A stretch of 64,000 nt of DNA from positions 69,378 through 133,377 of the forward strand of contig JAJDUI010000012.1 in the NCBI GenBank assembly GCA_022826745.1, in the 5' to 3' direction. The notes under the pieces were generated by a model. The model was not told where the DNA came from. It saw only the letters and a program-made list of their open reading frames with translations, and did no database searches. This document shows, piece after piece, positions 15,588-26,400 of the stretch. Each line of letters begins with the position of its first letter. Within the stretch, counting starts at the first letter, position 1. Source of the DNA: Thermoanaerobaculia bacterium. GTDB taxonomy: Bacteria > Acidobacteriota > Thermoanaerobaculia > Multivoradales > Multivoraceae. The position numbers and the translations under genes are program-made.

Positions 15588-18500
15588 TCTCGTTTTCCAA
15601 CGTCTGGTCGCTCGCCAGGGCGGAGATGCGCACGATCCGCCGGCTGTTCCGCTTCTGGCTGTTCGCGGTCATCGCGCTCTTCTTCTGCCTGTTCCAGTAC
15701 GGCTACTTCTGGGTCATCCACGGCCTGTTCTCCGGTTTCTCGGCCTCCGCCGGCTCCTTCAGCCCCAAGTTCCTGCTCAGCCAGACCGCCCTCTGGCAGA
15801 CGCTGGTCCTCGGCGTCGGCGTCGTCTTCCTCGCCTTCGACCTGCGCGCCCGCGACCGGCGCGACCGGGTCATCGAAGTGCTCGACAGCCGGCCCTACAC
15901 GAACGCCGAACTCGTGTTCGGGCGCTTCTTCGGCGCCCTGTTCATGGTCTGGGGCGTGGCGATCGTCGCCATGATCATCATCCAGGGCTTCGGCCACGCG
16001 GGCATGGCCTTCGGCTGGTGGGTCGGCGAACCGGCGATCTGGAGTTCCGTGTGGGCCTACCTCCTGATCGAGGCGCTGCCCGCGCTCGCCGTCTACGTCG
16101 CCTTCGTGCAGGTCGTCTCCCTGGTCAGCAACAACCGCCTGATCGCCGCCCTGGCGGGCGTCGGCCTGGCCGTGGGAACCACCTACCTGAGTTTCCAGGT
16201 GCCCGTCTACGTCCTGCCTTCGCTGGCGCTTGGCGGCGGTTTCGTCAGCAGCATCTCCGACCTGGCGCCCCAGATCTGGACCGGCATCAGCCTGCTGAAC
16301 CGGGGCAGCTTCGCCCTGCTCGGCGCGGGCCTGCTGGCGACCGCGGTCGCCGTCCATCCGCGTCTCGACGACACGAAGCGGCGGACGTGGGCCATGGCCG
16401 GCGGCGCCGGGTTGCTGGCCGGCGCCGCTCTCATCCTGACGACGGTCACGTGGAGCACGACCCAGCTCAACGAGCGCGACGCGTGGCGCGCGGCCCATGA
16501 GCAGCGTCGTACCGAGGCTGTCGTCGACCTTCAGGCGATCCGCGGCTCGGTGGACGTCGAACGCGGCGGTCGTCTGACCCTGGACCTCGAGGTCCACTTC
16601 GTGCCCGGCGATGCCTCGGCCCCCATCTTCACCCTGAATCCGGGTCTGGAGGTGGACGGCGTCTGGGACGCGAGCGGCGCGGCTCTGGACTTCAGCCATG
16701 ACAATGGCCTGCTCGACATCGACTCGGTGTCGACGACGCCGTCCGGGCAGGCCACGGGCGTCCGGATTCGCGCCCAGGGGCGGCCCGACCTCCGTTTCGC
16801 CTATCTCGACGCCGCGGTCGACTTCAACACGATCGAGTGGCAGGACGCCCAGATCGTCATTCTGGGCAACCTGAACGGCTTCGCTCAACGCAACTTCGTC
16901 GCGCTCCCCGCCTCTCTCGCGTGGCTCCCGCGACCCGGAGCAGCGGTCGGCGTCGACGATCCCCGGCAGCGCCCCCGCGACTTCTTCGAACTCGACCTCG
17001 AGGTCAGAACCCCCTCCGGATGGACGGTCGCGGGGCCAGGCAAGGCCCAGCCCAGCGGCGATGGCCAGCGCTTCGCGCCGGCCGGTTCGGTGCCGGAGGT
17101 CATGCTCGTCGCCGGAAGGTACGACCGCTGGACAACGGAGATCGAGGGCACGGAGGTCGAACTTCTGCTCCACCCCGGTCACCTGCGGAACCTGGACTTC
17201 TTCGCCGACGCCAGGGAGGAGATCGAAGCCGTAGCGGCCGAGCGCTTCGCCACCGCCCGCGAACTCGGACTGGCCTACCCCTACCGTCAACTGACCCTGG
17301 TCGAAGTGCCGTGGACGCTACGCGCCTACGGCGGCGGCTGGCGCATGGACACCGAGCGGGCGCCGCCCGGCATGCTGCTGCTCAGCGAGAGCGGTCTGCC
17401 GACCTCGCGCTTCGAGTTCCGGTTCCGCAACCCGGAGCGCTACGAGGACCAGGAAGGCGGACTGGCGCGGGCAAAGACCAACGGGCTGCAGCAGTTCTTC
17501 CGCACCGACTTCACAGGCGGCAACGTGGAGGTCGGCGGCGTTCGCAACCTCTTCCTCTACCAGACCGGCGCCCGCGGCCCCGAGGCCCTGGCGCTGGAGG
17601 CCCTGTGCCACAACCTCGTGAACCGGCTGATCAACGGCGGCGAGTCGTACTTCTCGGCCCACCTGTTCGACCGGGAGTTCGGCTGGACGATCGGGAGCGT
17701 GATGCAGGCCGGGTTCTCGGGCCAGTTCGGGAGCGGCGGCGGCACGATGGCCAGCGGCATCGTCAGGGGCATCACGGACCGCCCCGGCGTCTGGGACGCG
17801 GTGCTCGCAAGCTCCCTCACCGACCTCGACGTAGAGGAAGATCCGAAGCGCGCCGTGAACGCTCTCTACCTCAAGACCTCCGCCCTGGCCACCGCCATTC
17901 TCGACGGCGCCGGCCGGGAGCGAGCCGCCGCCATGATGGCCAACCTCCTCCGCGACCATCGGGGGACGACGTTCACCGCGGCCGATCTCGACCGCGCCGC
18001 CCAGGAGGCGGGCGTGGATCTGGCCGGTCTGGTGGGCGACTTCCTGCACCAGACCGATCTGCCGGGTTTCATCGTCTCGCCGGCCGAGCTCGAACGGCTG
18101 CCCGACGACGACCAGGGTACGCCGCAGTACCAGACCCGCCTGTTCGTCCGCAACGGCGAGGAGGCACCCGGGCTGTTCCGGCTCCGCTACGCGGTGCGCG
18201 CCCCGGGCGGAGCGCGTTGGGACTCGAGCGAACCCGTCCTCATCCCCGGACATACGAGCGTCGAGTTCGGTCTCGTCACCTCCCGGCCGCCCGGGACGAT
18301 GCTCGGGTCGCCGTACCTCTCCCTGAACCGCCGCGAGTTCCCCGTCGAACTGCCACGGGTCGACGACGAGACGATCACGGACAGCGAGCCGCTGCGAGGC
18401 ACCCGACCGGCCGACTGGATGCCGGCATTCCTCGACTCCGGCGCCGACACGATCGTCGTCGACGACCTGGATCCCGGTTTCTCCGTGGCGACGGACGAGG

Positions 18501-19117
18501 CGGAAGCCGGGGGCTTCAGGCTCCAGGGCGGCCTGGCAGGCTTCTTCGCACCCGCGGTCGAGACCGACCAGGGGTTGCAGGTCTACAACCTCTTCAGCGG
18601 CATTCCCGGCACCTGGTCGCGGTACGAACAGGCGTCGAGCTGGGGACGCTATCGCCGGACCACCGCCCTCGTGCCGAAGGGCGAAGGGAGCCGGCGCGCC
18701 ACCTACACGGCGGAGCTTCCCGAAGCCGGCCGCTGGCGGGTCGAGCTGCACGTGCCGTCGCTGTCGCCCGTGCCCGGCGGCGGCGAGATCCGCCGCGAGG
18801 TGCGGATCGGAGGCGGGGACGGCGGCCCGCCCGGCGACGACGCCCGCGGCGCCCAGGTCAACGTCTCGTTCGGCCTGAACCTGGGCACTTACGACCTTGA
18901 GCTTCGCAACGCCGGCAGTTCGCGGCCGATCGACTTCGACGCCGAAGGGGCAGGCATCGGCTGGGCGGTACTCGGCGACTTCGATCTTGCCCCGGGAACG
19001 GTGGAACTCGAACTGAGCGACGACACGACCGGCAACGTCGTGGCCGCCGACGCGGTGCGCTTCGTGCGCCTCGACAACGGCGCCGGCGCCGACACGACCG
19101 GCGGGGGTGCGCCGTGA
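15584..19117 (+). CDS. ABC-2 type permease fused to a ~880-aa extracytoplasmic domain (degenerate M1-aminopeptidase-like region plus golvesin-C-like end)
   Basis: TTG start overlapping the upstream stop (TTGA), with GGAGAGGAGG upstream. The N-terminal ~290 aa have about 6 TM segments and an ABC-2 style 'DRVIEVLDSRPYTNAELVFGRFFG' motif. No HEXXH is present; the nearest is 'CHNLVN'. The C-terminus 'WAVLGDFDLAPGTVELELSDDTTGNVVAADAVRFVRL' resembles golvesin-C-like domains. Confidence 0.7.
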   Translation: MISFSNVWSLARAEMRTIRRLFRFWLFAVIALFFCLFQYGYFWVIHGLFSGFSASAGSFSPKFLLSQTALWQTLVLGVGVVFLAFDLRARDRRDRVIEVLDSRPYTNAELVFGRFFGALFMVWGVAIVAMIIIQGFGHAGMAFGWWVGEPAIWSSVWAYLLIEALPALAVYVAFVQVVSLVSNNRLIAALAGVGLAVGTTYLSFQVPVYVLPSLALGGGFVSSISDLAPQIWTGISLLNRGSFALLGAGLLATAVAVHPRLDDTKRRTWAMAGGAGLLAGAALILTTVTWSTTQLNERDAWRAAHEQRRTEAVVDLQAIRGSVDVERGGRLTLDLEVHFVPGDASAPIFTLNPGLEVDGVWDASGAALDFSHDNGLLDIDSVSTTPSGQATGVRIRAQGRPDLRFAYLDAAVDFNTIEWQDAQIVILGNLNGFAQRNFVALPASLAWLPRPGAAVGVDDPRQRPRDFFELDLEVRTPSGWTVAGPGKAQPSGDGQRFAPAGSVPEVMLVAGRYDRWTTEIEGTEVELLLHPGHLRNLDFFADAREEIEAVAAERFATARELGLAYPYRQLTLVEVPWTLRAYGGGWRMDTERAPPGMLLLSESGLPTSRFEFRFRNPERYEDQEGGLARAKTNGLQQFFRTDFTGGNVEVGGVRNLFLYQTGARGPEALALEALCHNLVNRLINGGESYFSAHLFDREFGWTIGSVMQAGFSGQFGSGGGTMASGIVRGITDRPGVWDAVLASSLTDLDVEEDPKRAVNALYLKTSALATAILDGAGRERAAAMMANLLRDHRGTTFTAADLDRAAQEAGVDLAGLVGDFLHQTDLPGFIVSPAELERLPDDDQGTPQYQTRLFVRNGEEAPGLFRLRYAVRAPGGARWDSSEPVLIPGHTSVEFGLVTSRPPGTMLGSPYLSLNRREFPVELPRVDDETITDSEPLRGTRPADWMPAFLDSGADTIVVDDLDPGFSVATDEAEAGGFRLQGGLAGFFAPAVETDQGLQVYNLFSGIPGTWSRYEQASSWGRYRRTTALVPKGEGSRRATYTAELPEAGRWRVELHVPSLSPVPGGGEIRREVRIGGGDGGPPGDDARGAQVNVSFGLNLGTYDLELRNAGSSRPIDFDAEGAGIGWAVLGDFDLAPGTVELELSDDTTGNVVAADAVRFVRLDNGAGADTTGGGAP

Positions 19118-20199
19118 GCGCCCTTCGACCCCCGGGGCTGCGACTGCTCACCGCCGCCGCAACCTGCGCCACGATCCTCGGCTGCCAGGCCGCGGGCACG
19201 ACGGACACGGTCGACTTTCTGGTTCCGGTGAGCGCCACCGAAGTGGCGACCGGCAACGTGGAGGACCTGATCGTCGCCACCGGCACGTTGCGGACCGCGG
19301 AGAGCATCGTGCTTCAGGTCGAGACGCCCGGCCGGCTGCTGATCGGCCGCAACCGGGACGGCAGCCGGCTGGCCGAGGGCGACCCCGTGGTCCCCGACCA
19401 GATGATCGCCGAAGTCACGGGCGAGGACGCGCGGCTCGCGGCGCGGGTCGAAGCCACCCACCAGGCGTACCAGGGCGCGCTCGCCGAGCGTGACGCCCGC
19501 GCCAGGCTGTTCGAGCAGGAGCTGATCGCCGCCGAGGAACTGCGCCGGGCGGAGACCGCGCTCGAAGACGCCAAGGCAACCTGGGAGCAGAGCCTGCTGA
19601 CCGAAGACCGCGCCAGGATGCTGACCCCGATCGGCGGCGTGCTGATGGAGCTCGCCCGCGACGCGAGAGGCATGCCGATCGCCGATGGCCAGCTCGTTTC
19701 ACAGGGCTTCCAGGTCGCGCGGATCGCTCCCGTCGACTCCCTGGTCGCCGACATCGACCTGGTGGGGCCGGAGCTGGCGCGCGTCCACCCCGGCCAGAAG
19801 GGGCGGCTCCGCCACTTCGCCTGGGAGGACATCACGTTCGAGGGCGCCGTCGTCCGCCTCTCCCCCGAAGTCGACCCGACGACGCACACGTTCCGCGCCG
19901 AGGTCGCGATCAACAACCCCGGGGGCCTGCTCCGGCCCGGCATGTTCGTCGAGGTCACCCTGGTCGTCGAACAGCGCAGCGACGTGCCGGTGATCCCCCG
20001 CGAGGCGGTCACCGAGCGCGGCGGCCGGCGGGTCGTGTTCGTACTCGACGGCCAGCGCGCCGTGCGCCGCGAGGTCGTCCTCGGCCTGGGCGACGACGAG
20101 ATCGCCGAGGTCCGCCAGGGGCTCGAGGTCGGCGAGCGGATCGTCGTCCGCGGACTTGAGACACTGACCGACGGCACGCGCGTCCGGGTGTCCGGCTAG
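19114..20199 (+). CDS. efflux transporter periplasmic adaptor (membrane-fusion protein, HlyD/RND MFP family), lipoprotein
   Basis: GTGA overlap with the upstream stop. Lipobox 'ATILGCQAAG'. Coiled-coil-rich middle, and a C-terminal 'VPVIPREAV...VFVL...V.LG' beta-barrel pattern typical of MFPs. Confidence 0.85.
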   Translation: MSALRPPGLRLLTAAATCATILGCQAAGTTDTVDFLVPVSATEVATGNVEDLIVATGTLRTAESIVLQVETPGRLLIGRNRDGSRLAEGDPVVPDQMIAEVTGEDARLAARVEATHQAYQGALAERDARARLFEQELIAAEELRRAETALEDAKATWEQSLLTEDRARMLTPIGGVLMELARDARGMPIADGQLVSQGFQVARIAPVDSLVADIDLVGPELARVHPGQKGRLRHFAWEDITFEGAVVRLSPEVDPTTHTFRAEVAINNPGGLLRPGMFVEVTLVVEQRSDVPVIPREAVTERGGRRVVFVLDGQRAVRREVVLGLGDDEIAEVRQGLEVGERIVVRGLETLTDGTRVRVSG

Positions 20200-20227
20200 C
20201 GCCGCCCACCAGGAAGGTCGGGCAACC

Positions 20228-23200
20228 GTGATCGCTGCTCCTGGTGAAGGCTCCGGCCCGGCGCGACTCGCCGCCCGGCGGCCAGTAGCCGTCACGGTTA
20301 CCGCCCTGGCATGCGCCCTGGTGGGCTGGATGTCATGGCGCGAACTGCCCATCGATCTCCTCCCCGACCTGCGCTCGCCGACGATCGTCGTCGCCGTGCG
20401 CTCCGGCGACCGGCCGCCGACGGAGATGGAGCGGCTCTACGGCGAGCAGGTCGAGCAGCGCCTGTTCACCGTGCGCGGCATCCGCGAGGTGCAGCAGGTC
20501 GCCCGCACGGGCCGCCTGATCGCGACCGTCCGCTTCGACTGGGAAGCCGACATGGACCTGGCCCTGATCGAGGTTCAGAAGTCGATCAATCCGGTCGCGG
20601 CCGACGCGGAGGTCGACGAGGTCCTCGTCCGCCAACTGGATCCGAGGCAATCCCCGGTCATGACCCTGGGTCTGGCCGCCGAGCCGGACGGTCCCGATCT
20701 CGCTGAGCTCAGGCGCCTGGCCCGCCGGCAGGTCGCGCCCGCCATGGAGCAGCTCGCCGACGTCGCCGAGGTGAGGGTGCTTGGCGGACGGGAGCTGGAA
20801 GTGCGCGTGCGGGTCGACCGCTACCGCATGCAGGCGTTCGGCGTCACCCTGGGTCAACTCGAGCAGCGGCTGGTGGCCGAGAACGTCGACATCGACGCCG
20901 GCACCCTGGAGGACCGGGGCCAGGTCTTTCTGGTCCGCGGCATCTCGCGTTTCCGCAATCCGCGCGACGTCGAGCGCGTCGTCATCCGGTACCGAACGCA
21001 AGCGGGCGCCGCGGGCCAGGAGACCCGCCAGCCGATCCGGGTATCCGACGTCGCGGAGGTCGAAGTCGCCGACGCCGAGATCGACCACCTGGTGCGGGTG
21101 AACGGCCGGGAGGGGGTCGGCCTGCAGGTGTTCAAGGAGGCCGGCGCGAACACCGTCGAGGTTTCGCGCACCGTCAGATCGGCGCTCGAAGACCTGGAAC
21201 TCGACCTGCCCCGGGTCGAGGTGTCCATGGTGAACGACGACGCCGCCCTAGTCGAGGACGCGATGGCCGACCTGCAGAACGCCGCGCTGGTCGGCATCGC
21301 GCTCGCGATCGTCGTGCTGGTCCTGTTCCTGCGCTCCTTCGGTCCGACCGTCGTCGTCGCTTCCGCGGTGCCCGTTTCCCTCTTCGTCGCCCTGTTCGCG
21401 ATGCGCCTCTGGGACCACTCGCTGAACATCATCACCCTGGCGGGCCTCGCCCTCGGCGCCGGCATGCTGGTAGACAACGCGATCGTCGTCGTCGAGAGCA
21501 TCCACCGGCGCCACCGGCCCGGCGTGCCGGCGGCCGAGAGCGCCGCCCGCGGCACCGGCGAGGTCGCCGGCGCGATCGCCGCCTCGACGCTGACCACCTG
21601 TGTCGTCTTCCTGCCCGTCCTCTTCGTGCAGGGGCTGGCCGCGCGTCTGATCGAGGGCATCGCCTTCACCGTCACCGCGTCGCTGGCCGCTTCGCTCGCC
21701 GTCGCGATGATGCTGATTCCGGCCCTGTCGCGCTGGTTCCTGCCGCGCGCCAAGCCGGGGGCCGGCACCGACGCCGGTGAAGCGGCGGCCGAAGCCGCCG
21801 ACGCAGGGTCGACCGGCCCGGGCGACGCGGACGAGCGTCCCCTCGGCTGGGCTTTCGGAGCGCTGGAGCGGCTCGTGCTCTTCCTGCTGCGCCTGCGCTG
21901 GGTCGTCGTCGGCGCGGCCGTACTCGCCGCCGCGGTCGCGGTGAACGTCCTGCTCGGCCTCGGCAGCGAACTGCTGCCGCCGGCCGACCCGCGGCAGTTC
22001 TCGGTGCGCATGGTCGGACCGCCGGGCCAGCGGGTCGAGGCGACGGCGGCCGCCGTATCCACTCTCGAGGAGGCGGTCCGCCAGGCCGCTGGAGAGCACC
22101 TTGAGGCGATCCAGGCCGAAGTCGGCCGCTTGCCCGAGGATGACCGGCTCGTGACGACCGAACTGACCGAGGAGAACACGGCCCGACTCCTGGTGCGGAT
22201 GTCGGCCGAGGGTCCCACCGGGAGCCAGATCGTCGGCGCCCTGTCTTCGAGCTTCGCCGATCTGCCGGGCACGGAGATCGAATGGGAGGTCGGCACCTCC
22301 GCGCTGGCCGAAGCGCTGGGTTCGTCGGGCCCGCCGATCGTGGTCGAGATCGCCGGCCAGTCCCTGCCCGACCTGCGCGCCGCGGCGACCAGCCTGCGCG
22401 GCTCGCTCGCCGCCAGCGAGGAACTCTGGAACGTCCGTTCGTCCTTCGAGGGCGGCCCGCCCGAACTGCGGATCGAACTCGACCGGGCGATGGCCGACGG
22501 TCTGGGCGTGGACCTGGAGACGATCGCCCGCGTGCTCCAGTCGGCTCTCGACGGACGCAAGGTCACGCTGCTTTCCGTTGGCGACGAAGAGCGCCACGTC
22601 GTCCTTTCGCTGCCCCAGCCCAGGCCCGAGGAACTCGCCGGACTGCGCTTCACGAGCAGTGACGGGGCCGACCTCGTCCTCGGTCAGGTCGCCCGTTTCG
22701 TACCCACCGAAGGGGCGCGGGAGGTCTTCCGCCGCGACCAGCGCCGCGTGGCGCAGGTGACAGCCAGGATCACCGAGGGAAGCGACTACCCCAGGGCGAT
22801 CGCCGCCGCGAACGACGCCATCTCGTCCACCGAGCTGCCCCCCGGATTGATTGTCAGGCTCGCCGGGGAGGAGGAGGAACGGGAGCGGGCAACCTCGGAA
22901 CTGCGCCTGGCCGGCCTGCTGGCGATCGTCCTCGTGCTGATGGTCCTGGCAGGCACGTTCGAGTCCCTGCTGCAACCGCTCACCGTGCTGTTCGCCATCC
23001 CGCTGGCCCTCGTCGGCGTCGCCTGCACCCTGGGACCGCTTGGGCGGCCGGTCGGGGTCATGGCCCTGCTCGGCCTGATCGTGCTCGCCGGCGTAGCAGT
23101 CAACGACGCCGTCCTGCTGATCGCCGCCGCGCGGCGGCTGATGGCCGCCGGCGTCGAGCGGCGAGCGGCCCTGGCCCGCGCCGCTGCGATCCGGCTTCGG

Positions 23201-23413
23201 CCGATCCTCATGACGACGCTCACCACGGTGCTGGTCCTCGTGCCGCTCGCCGCCGGCGCCGGGGAGGCGGCTGAATTGCGGAGCCCGATGGCCTACACGA
23301 TCATCGGCGGCATCGTGACCTCCACCCTCGGTTCGCTGCTGGTGCTGCCCTGCCTGTACCTCATCCTGGCCGGCCGTGGCGGCGGAACGCGACGCACGGA
23401 AGCCGAAGCCTGA
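20228..23413 (+). CDS. RND family efflux transporter permease
   Basis: 1061-aa ORF with the AcrB-like N-terminus 'RRPVAVTVTALACALVGWMSWRELPIDLLPDL'. TM4 reads 'GLALGAGMLVDNAIVVVESI', and the two-fold 6-TM plus large-loop organisation is present. Confidence 0.9.
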   Translation: MIAAPGEGSGPARLAARRPVAVTVTALACALVGWMSWRELPIDLLPDLRSPTIVVAVRSGDRPPTEMERLYGEQVEQRLFTVRGIREVQQVARTGRLIATVRFDWEADMDLALIEVQKSINPVAADAEVDEVLVRQLDPRQSPVMTLGLAAEPDGPDLAELRRLARRQVAPAMEQLADVAEVRVLGGRELEVRVRVDRYRMQAFGVTLGQLEQRLVAENVDIDAGTLEDRGQVFLVRGISRFRNPRDVERVVIRYRTQAGAAGQETRQPIRVSDVAEVEVADAEIDHLVRVNGREGVGLQVFKEAGANTVEVSRTVRSALEDLELDLPRVEVSMVNDDAALVEDAMADLQNAALVGIALAIVVLVLFLRSFGPTVVVASAVPVSLFVALFAMRLWDHSLNIITLAGLALGAGMLVDNAIVVVESIHRRHRPGVPAAESAARGTGEVAGAIAASTLTTCVVFLPVLFVQGLAARLIEGIAFTVTASLAASLAVAMMLIPALSRWFLPRAKPGAGTDAGEAAAEAADAGSTGPGDADERPLGWAFGALERLVLFLLRLRWVVVGAAVLAAAVAVNVLLGLGSELLPPADPRQFSVRMVGPPGQRVEATAAAVSTLEEAVRQAAGEHLEAIQAEVGRLPEDDRLVTTELTEENTARLLVRMSAEGPTGSQIVGALSSSFADLPGTEIEWEVGTSALAEALGSSGPPIVVEIAGQSLPDLRAAATSLRGSLAASEELWNVRSSFEGGPPELRIELDRAMADGLGVDLETIARVLQSALDGRKVTLLSVGDEERHVVLSLPQPRPEELAGLRFTSSDGADLVLGQVARFVPTEGAREVFRRDQRRVAQVTARITEGSDYPRAIAAANDAISSTELPPGLIVRLAGEEEERERATSELRLAGLLAIVLVLMVLAGTFESLLQPLTVLFAIPLALVGVACTLGPLGRPVGVMALLGLIVLAGVAVNDAVLLIAAARRLMAAGVERRAALARAAAIRLRPILMTTLTTVLVLVPLAAGAGEAAELRSPMAYTIIGGIVTSTLGSLLVLPCLYLILAGRGGGTRRTEAEA

Positions 23414-23426
23414 CCGGGAACGCGCC

Positions 23427-26400
23427 GTGAAAGCAGGTCTCGACACGCTCGCCATCCGCCGTCCGGTCGCGGTGTCGATGTTCTTCGTCGGCCTCGTCCT
23501 GCTGGGGGGCTTCGCGTGGCAACGGCTGCCGGTGGAGCTCTTCCCCGCGCTGACGGGCGATTCGCTCTACGTCAGTTTCTTCCGTCCGGGCAGCGAGCCG
23601 GAGACGGTGGAACGCGAGATCCTGATGCCGCTCGAAGCCAGGGTGCGAACCCTGCCCCGGGTGGCCGAGACCTGGGGCGAGGTCACCGGCTCCTCCGGCA
23701 GCTTCACCGTCCGCTTTGAACGAGGCGTCGATCTCAAGGTGCGGGAACTCGAGATGCGCCGCATCGCCGCGGATCTGGCCCGCACGCAGCCGCGCGACGC
23801 GTTCCTCGACGTGCAGTCCGACGACACGAGTGTGTTCTCGAGCTTCGCCATGATCCTGCAGGCGACCGGTTCGGACGACGAGGACGCGCTGCACGACCTG
23901 GTCGAGGAACTGATCACGCCCCGGCTCGCCGCGGTGCCCGGGGTCAGCCAGGCAATGGTGGGCGGCGGCGCCGCTCGCCAGTTGACCGTGTGGGTCGACC
24001 CGAACCGCTGCGCGGCGCTCGGCGTGACGACGGAGGAGGTCACCGCGGCCGTACGCGGCGCGGCCGGACGGCTTCGCTACCTCGGCAGCCTGGAGGACGA
24101 AGCCGGGCGAACGGCCGTGATGCTCGACGGCCGTCCCGTCGGCACCGTGTCGATGGGCGAGGTCCGGGTCGTCCCCGACCGCCCGGTGCTGGTCCGGCAC
24201 GTCGCCGACGTCGAGATCGGTTCCGGGCGTCGCCAGATGCTCTACCGCGTGAACGGCGAGCCATCCGTCGGCGTTCTCGTGTTCCAGGAGGAAGGCGCGA
24301 ACCTGGTCCGCCTCGGCCGCGACCTGCGCCGCCGTATCGAGGAGATCAACGAGGAGTTCACCCCGCTCGGGATTCGCCTCCTCGTCAGCTTCGACGCCGC
24401 CGAACTGGTCGAAACGCAGATCGACCGGCTGCGGAACCTCGGCCTGTCGGGTTTCGCGATCGCTCTCCTGGTCCTGTTCCTGTTCCTTCGCCAGTGGCGC
24501 GCCGTGGCCGTGGTCGCGGTCGCCGTACCGGTCAGCCTGGCCGTCGCCCTTTCCTTCCTCTACGTGGCCGGCCTGTCGCTCAACCTCTTCACTCTGTTCG
24601 GTCTCGCCGTCGGCATCGGACTCATCGTGGACAACAGCGTCGTCGTGTACGAGTCCGTCCAGCGGCGCCTGGAACGCGGCAGGAGCCCCGACGACGCCGC
24701 CGCGGGCGGCATTCGCCGCACCGGCCGCGCCATTGTCGCCGCTTCCGTCACGACCGGGATCGTCTTCCTGCCCGCAGTCATCGTCGACCTGGAGTCGTCG
24801 CTGGTCCAGAACCTGATCGGGCTCCTGTCACTCGCCATCCTGCTGCCCCTGTTCGGCTCGCTGCTCGTGGCAATCGGCCTGGTGCCCCTGCTGGCGCGCC
24901 ATCTCGCCGCACCGGCGGCGATCCGCCGGTTGAGCAAGCTGCGCCAACGTCGCGAGCGCTTCGGCGGCAAGGCGCCGCCGGACCCCACCCGAATCCTCTT
25001 CGCGGGCGTGCTCGCATCCGCGCTGCGCCGGCCGGCGAGCTGGATCACCGGAGTCGTGACCGCCGTCGTCCTGAGCGTCATCGCCGCCCTGTTCCTCGTC
25101 GCTTCCAGCGGACCGGGTCAGGCGCCGATCGCCGACCAGGTCCAGCTCTCCGTGCGCCTGCCGGAGGGACGCGGCAGCCTCGAGTCGGCGGTCCGGGCCT
25201 TCGAACGTCTCGAAACGGTCCAGGAGGTGGACGGCGTAGACCGCGTGGAGAGCATGATCCGGGAAGAAGGGGGATCGCTGACCGTCCACCTCGTGGACGA
25301 AGACGAACGGCCCGAGGACCTGACGGCGGCCTTCGTCCGTAGACTCCTGCGGCCGCCCGCCCGCCGCGCCGGCGTCGAACTCCTGAATCCGGGCGAGGGA
25401 GAAGGACCGGGCGGCCGTGGTGGCGGCGGCGGGGGCGCCCAGGAACTGCTCGGCGGCGGCCCCTCCCGAGTCGTGCTCTCCGGCAACGACAACGAACAGT
25501 TGACCGACCTCGCGGCCCAGGTCACGGAGCGGTTGCGGGAGATCGAGGGCATCGCGAGCGCCTACCCGGCGGTGCGCCCGGGGCCCGATGAACTCCACGT
25601 GAGTCCGAACCGCCGGGCCTTCGACACCTTCGGCGTGCTGCTGGACGAGGTGTTGCCCATGCTCAATCTGGCCGGCCGGGAAGGCACCCGGATCGCCACC
25701 GGCTTCCCGCTGGCCAGCGGACGGGAGCTCCCGATCGTCGTGCAACGGCAGGAGAGCCAGCGCGACGAAGCGCAGTTGATGGACGGCAGCAGCTTCAACC
25801 GCGACGTCTCGCTCAGCGGCCTGCAGCGGCTCCGCGTCTCGACCGGGATCGGCGTGCTGCCGGTCGCCGCCCTGGCGCAGGTGCGGCAGGCGCCTCCCTC
25901 CCCGGTCATCACCCACCACAACGGAGTCCGCGAACGCGAGGTGCTGTACACGTTGTCGCAGGACGTGCCGCGGCGGGGCCCGGCCCGTGACGCGTTCGAC
26001 CGGAGTCTGGACGAAGCGATCGCCAGCATTCACCGGCCCGCAGGCACGACGATCGCGCTCGACCGCTCCGAGGAAAGCACGAACTGGTTCCGGCGCATCG
26101 CCGTGCCGGTCGTTCTTCTCGTCTTCCTCGTGCTGGCCGTGACGTTCGAGTCGATGACCCTGCCGATCCTCGTCCTCATCGCGCTTCCGCTCGCCCTGCT
26201 CGGTTCCGTGTGGGCGCTGGTCGTGACCGGCATGGGGTTCGAGGCGATGGCTCTCCTGGGGGCACTGGTGCTGCTGGGACTCGCGATCAACCCGGCCGTC
26301 CTGCTCGTCGACCGGATGCAGCAGCACACCCTGGGCGCCGGCTGGAGCGCCGGCGCGGCCGCACTCGCCGCGGTCCGCGAGCGGGCCCGTCCCGTGTTGA

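Noticed and set aside
15584-19117. Annotating the 1177-aa permease fusion as an active M1 aminopeptidase.
   Set aside because: No HEXXH or GAMEN motif is present; only degenerate counterparts ('CHNLVN', 'GGGWRMD') occur at the expected spacing.
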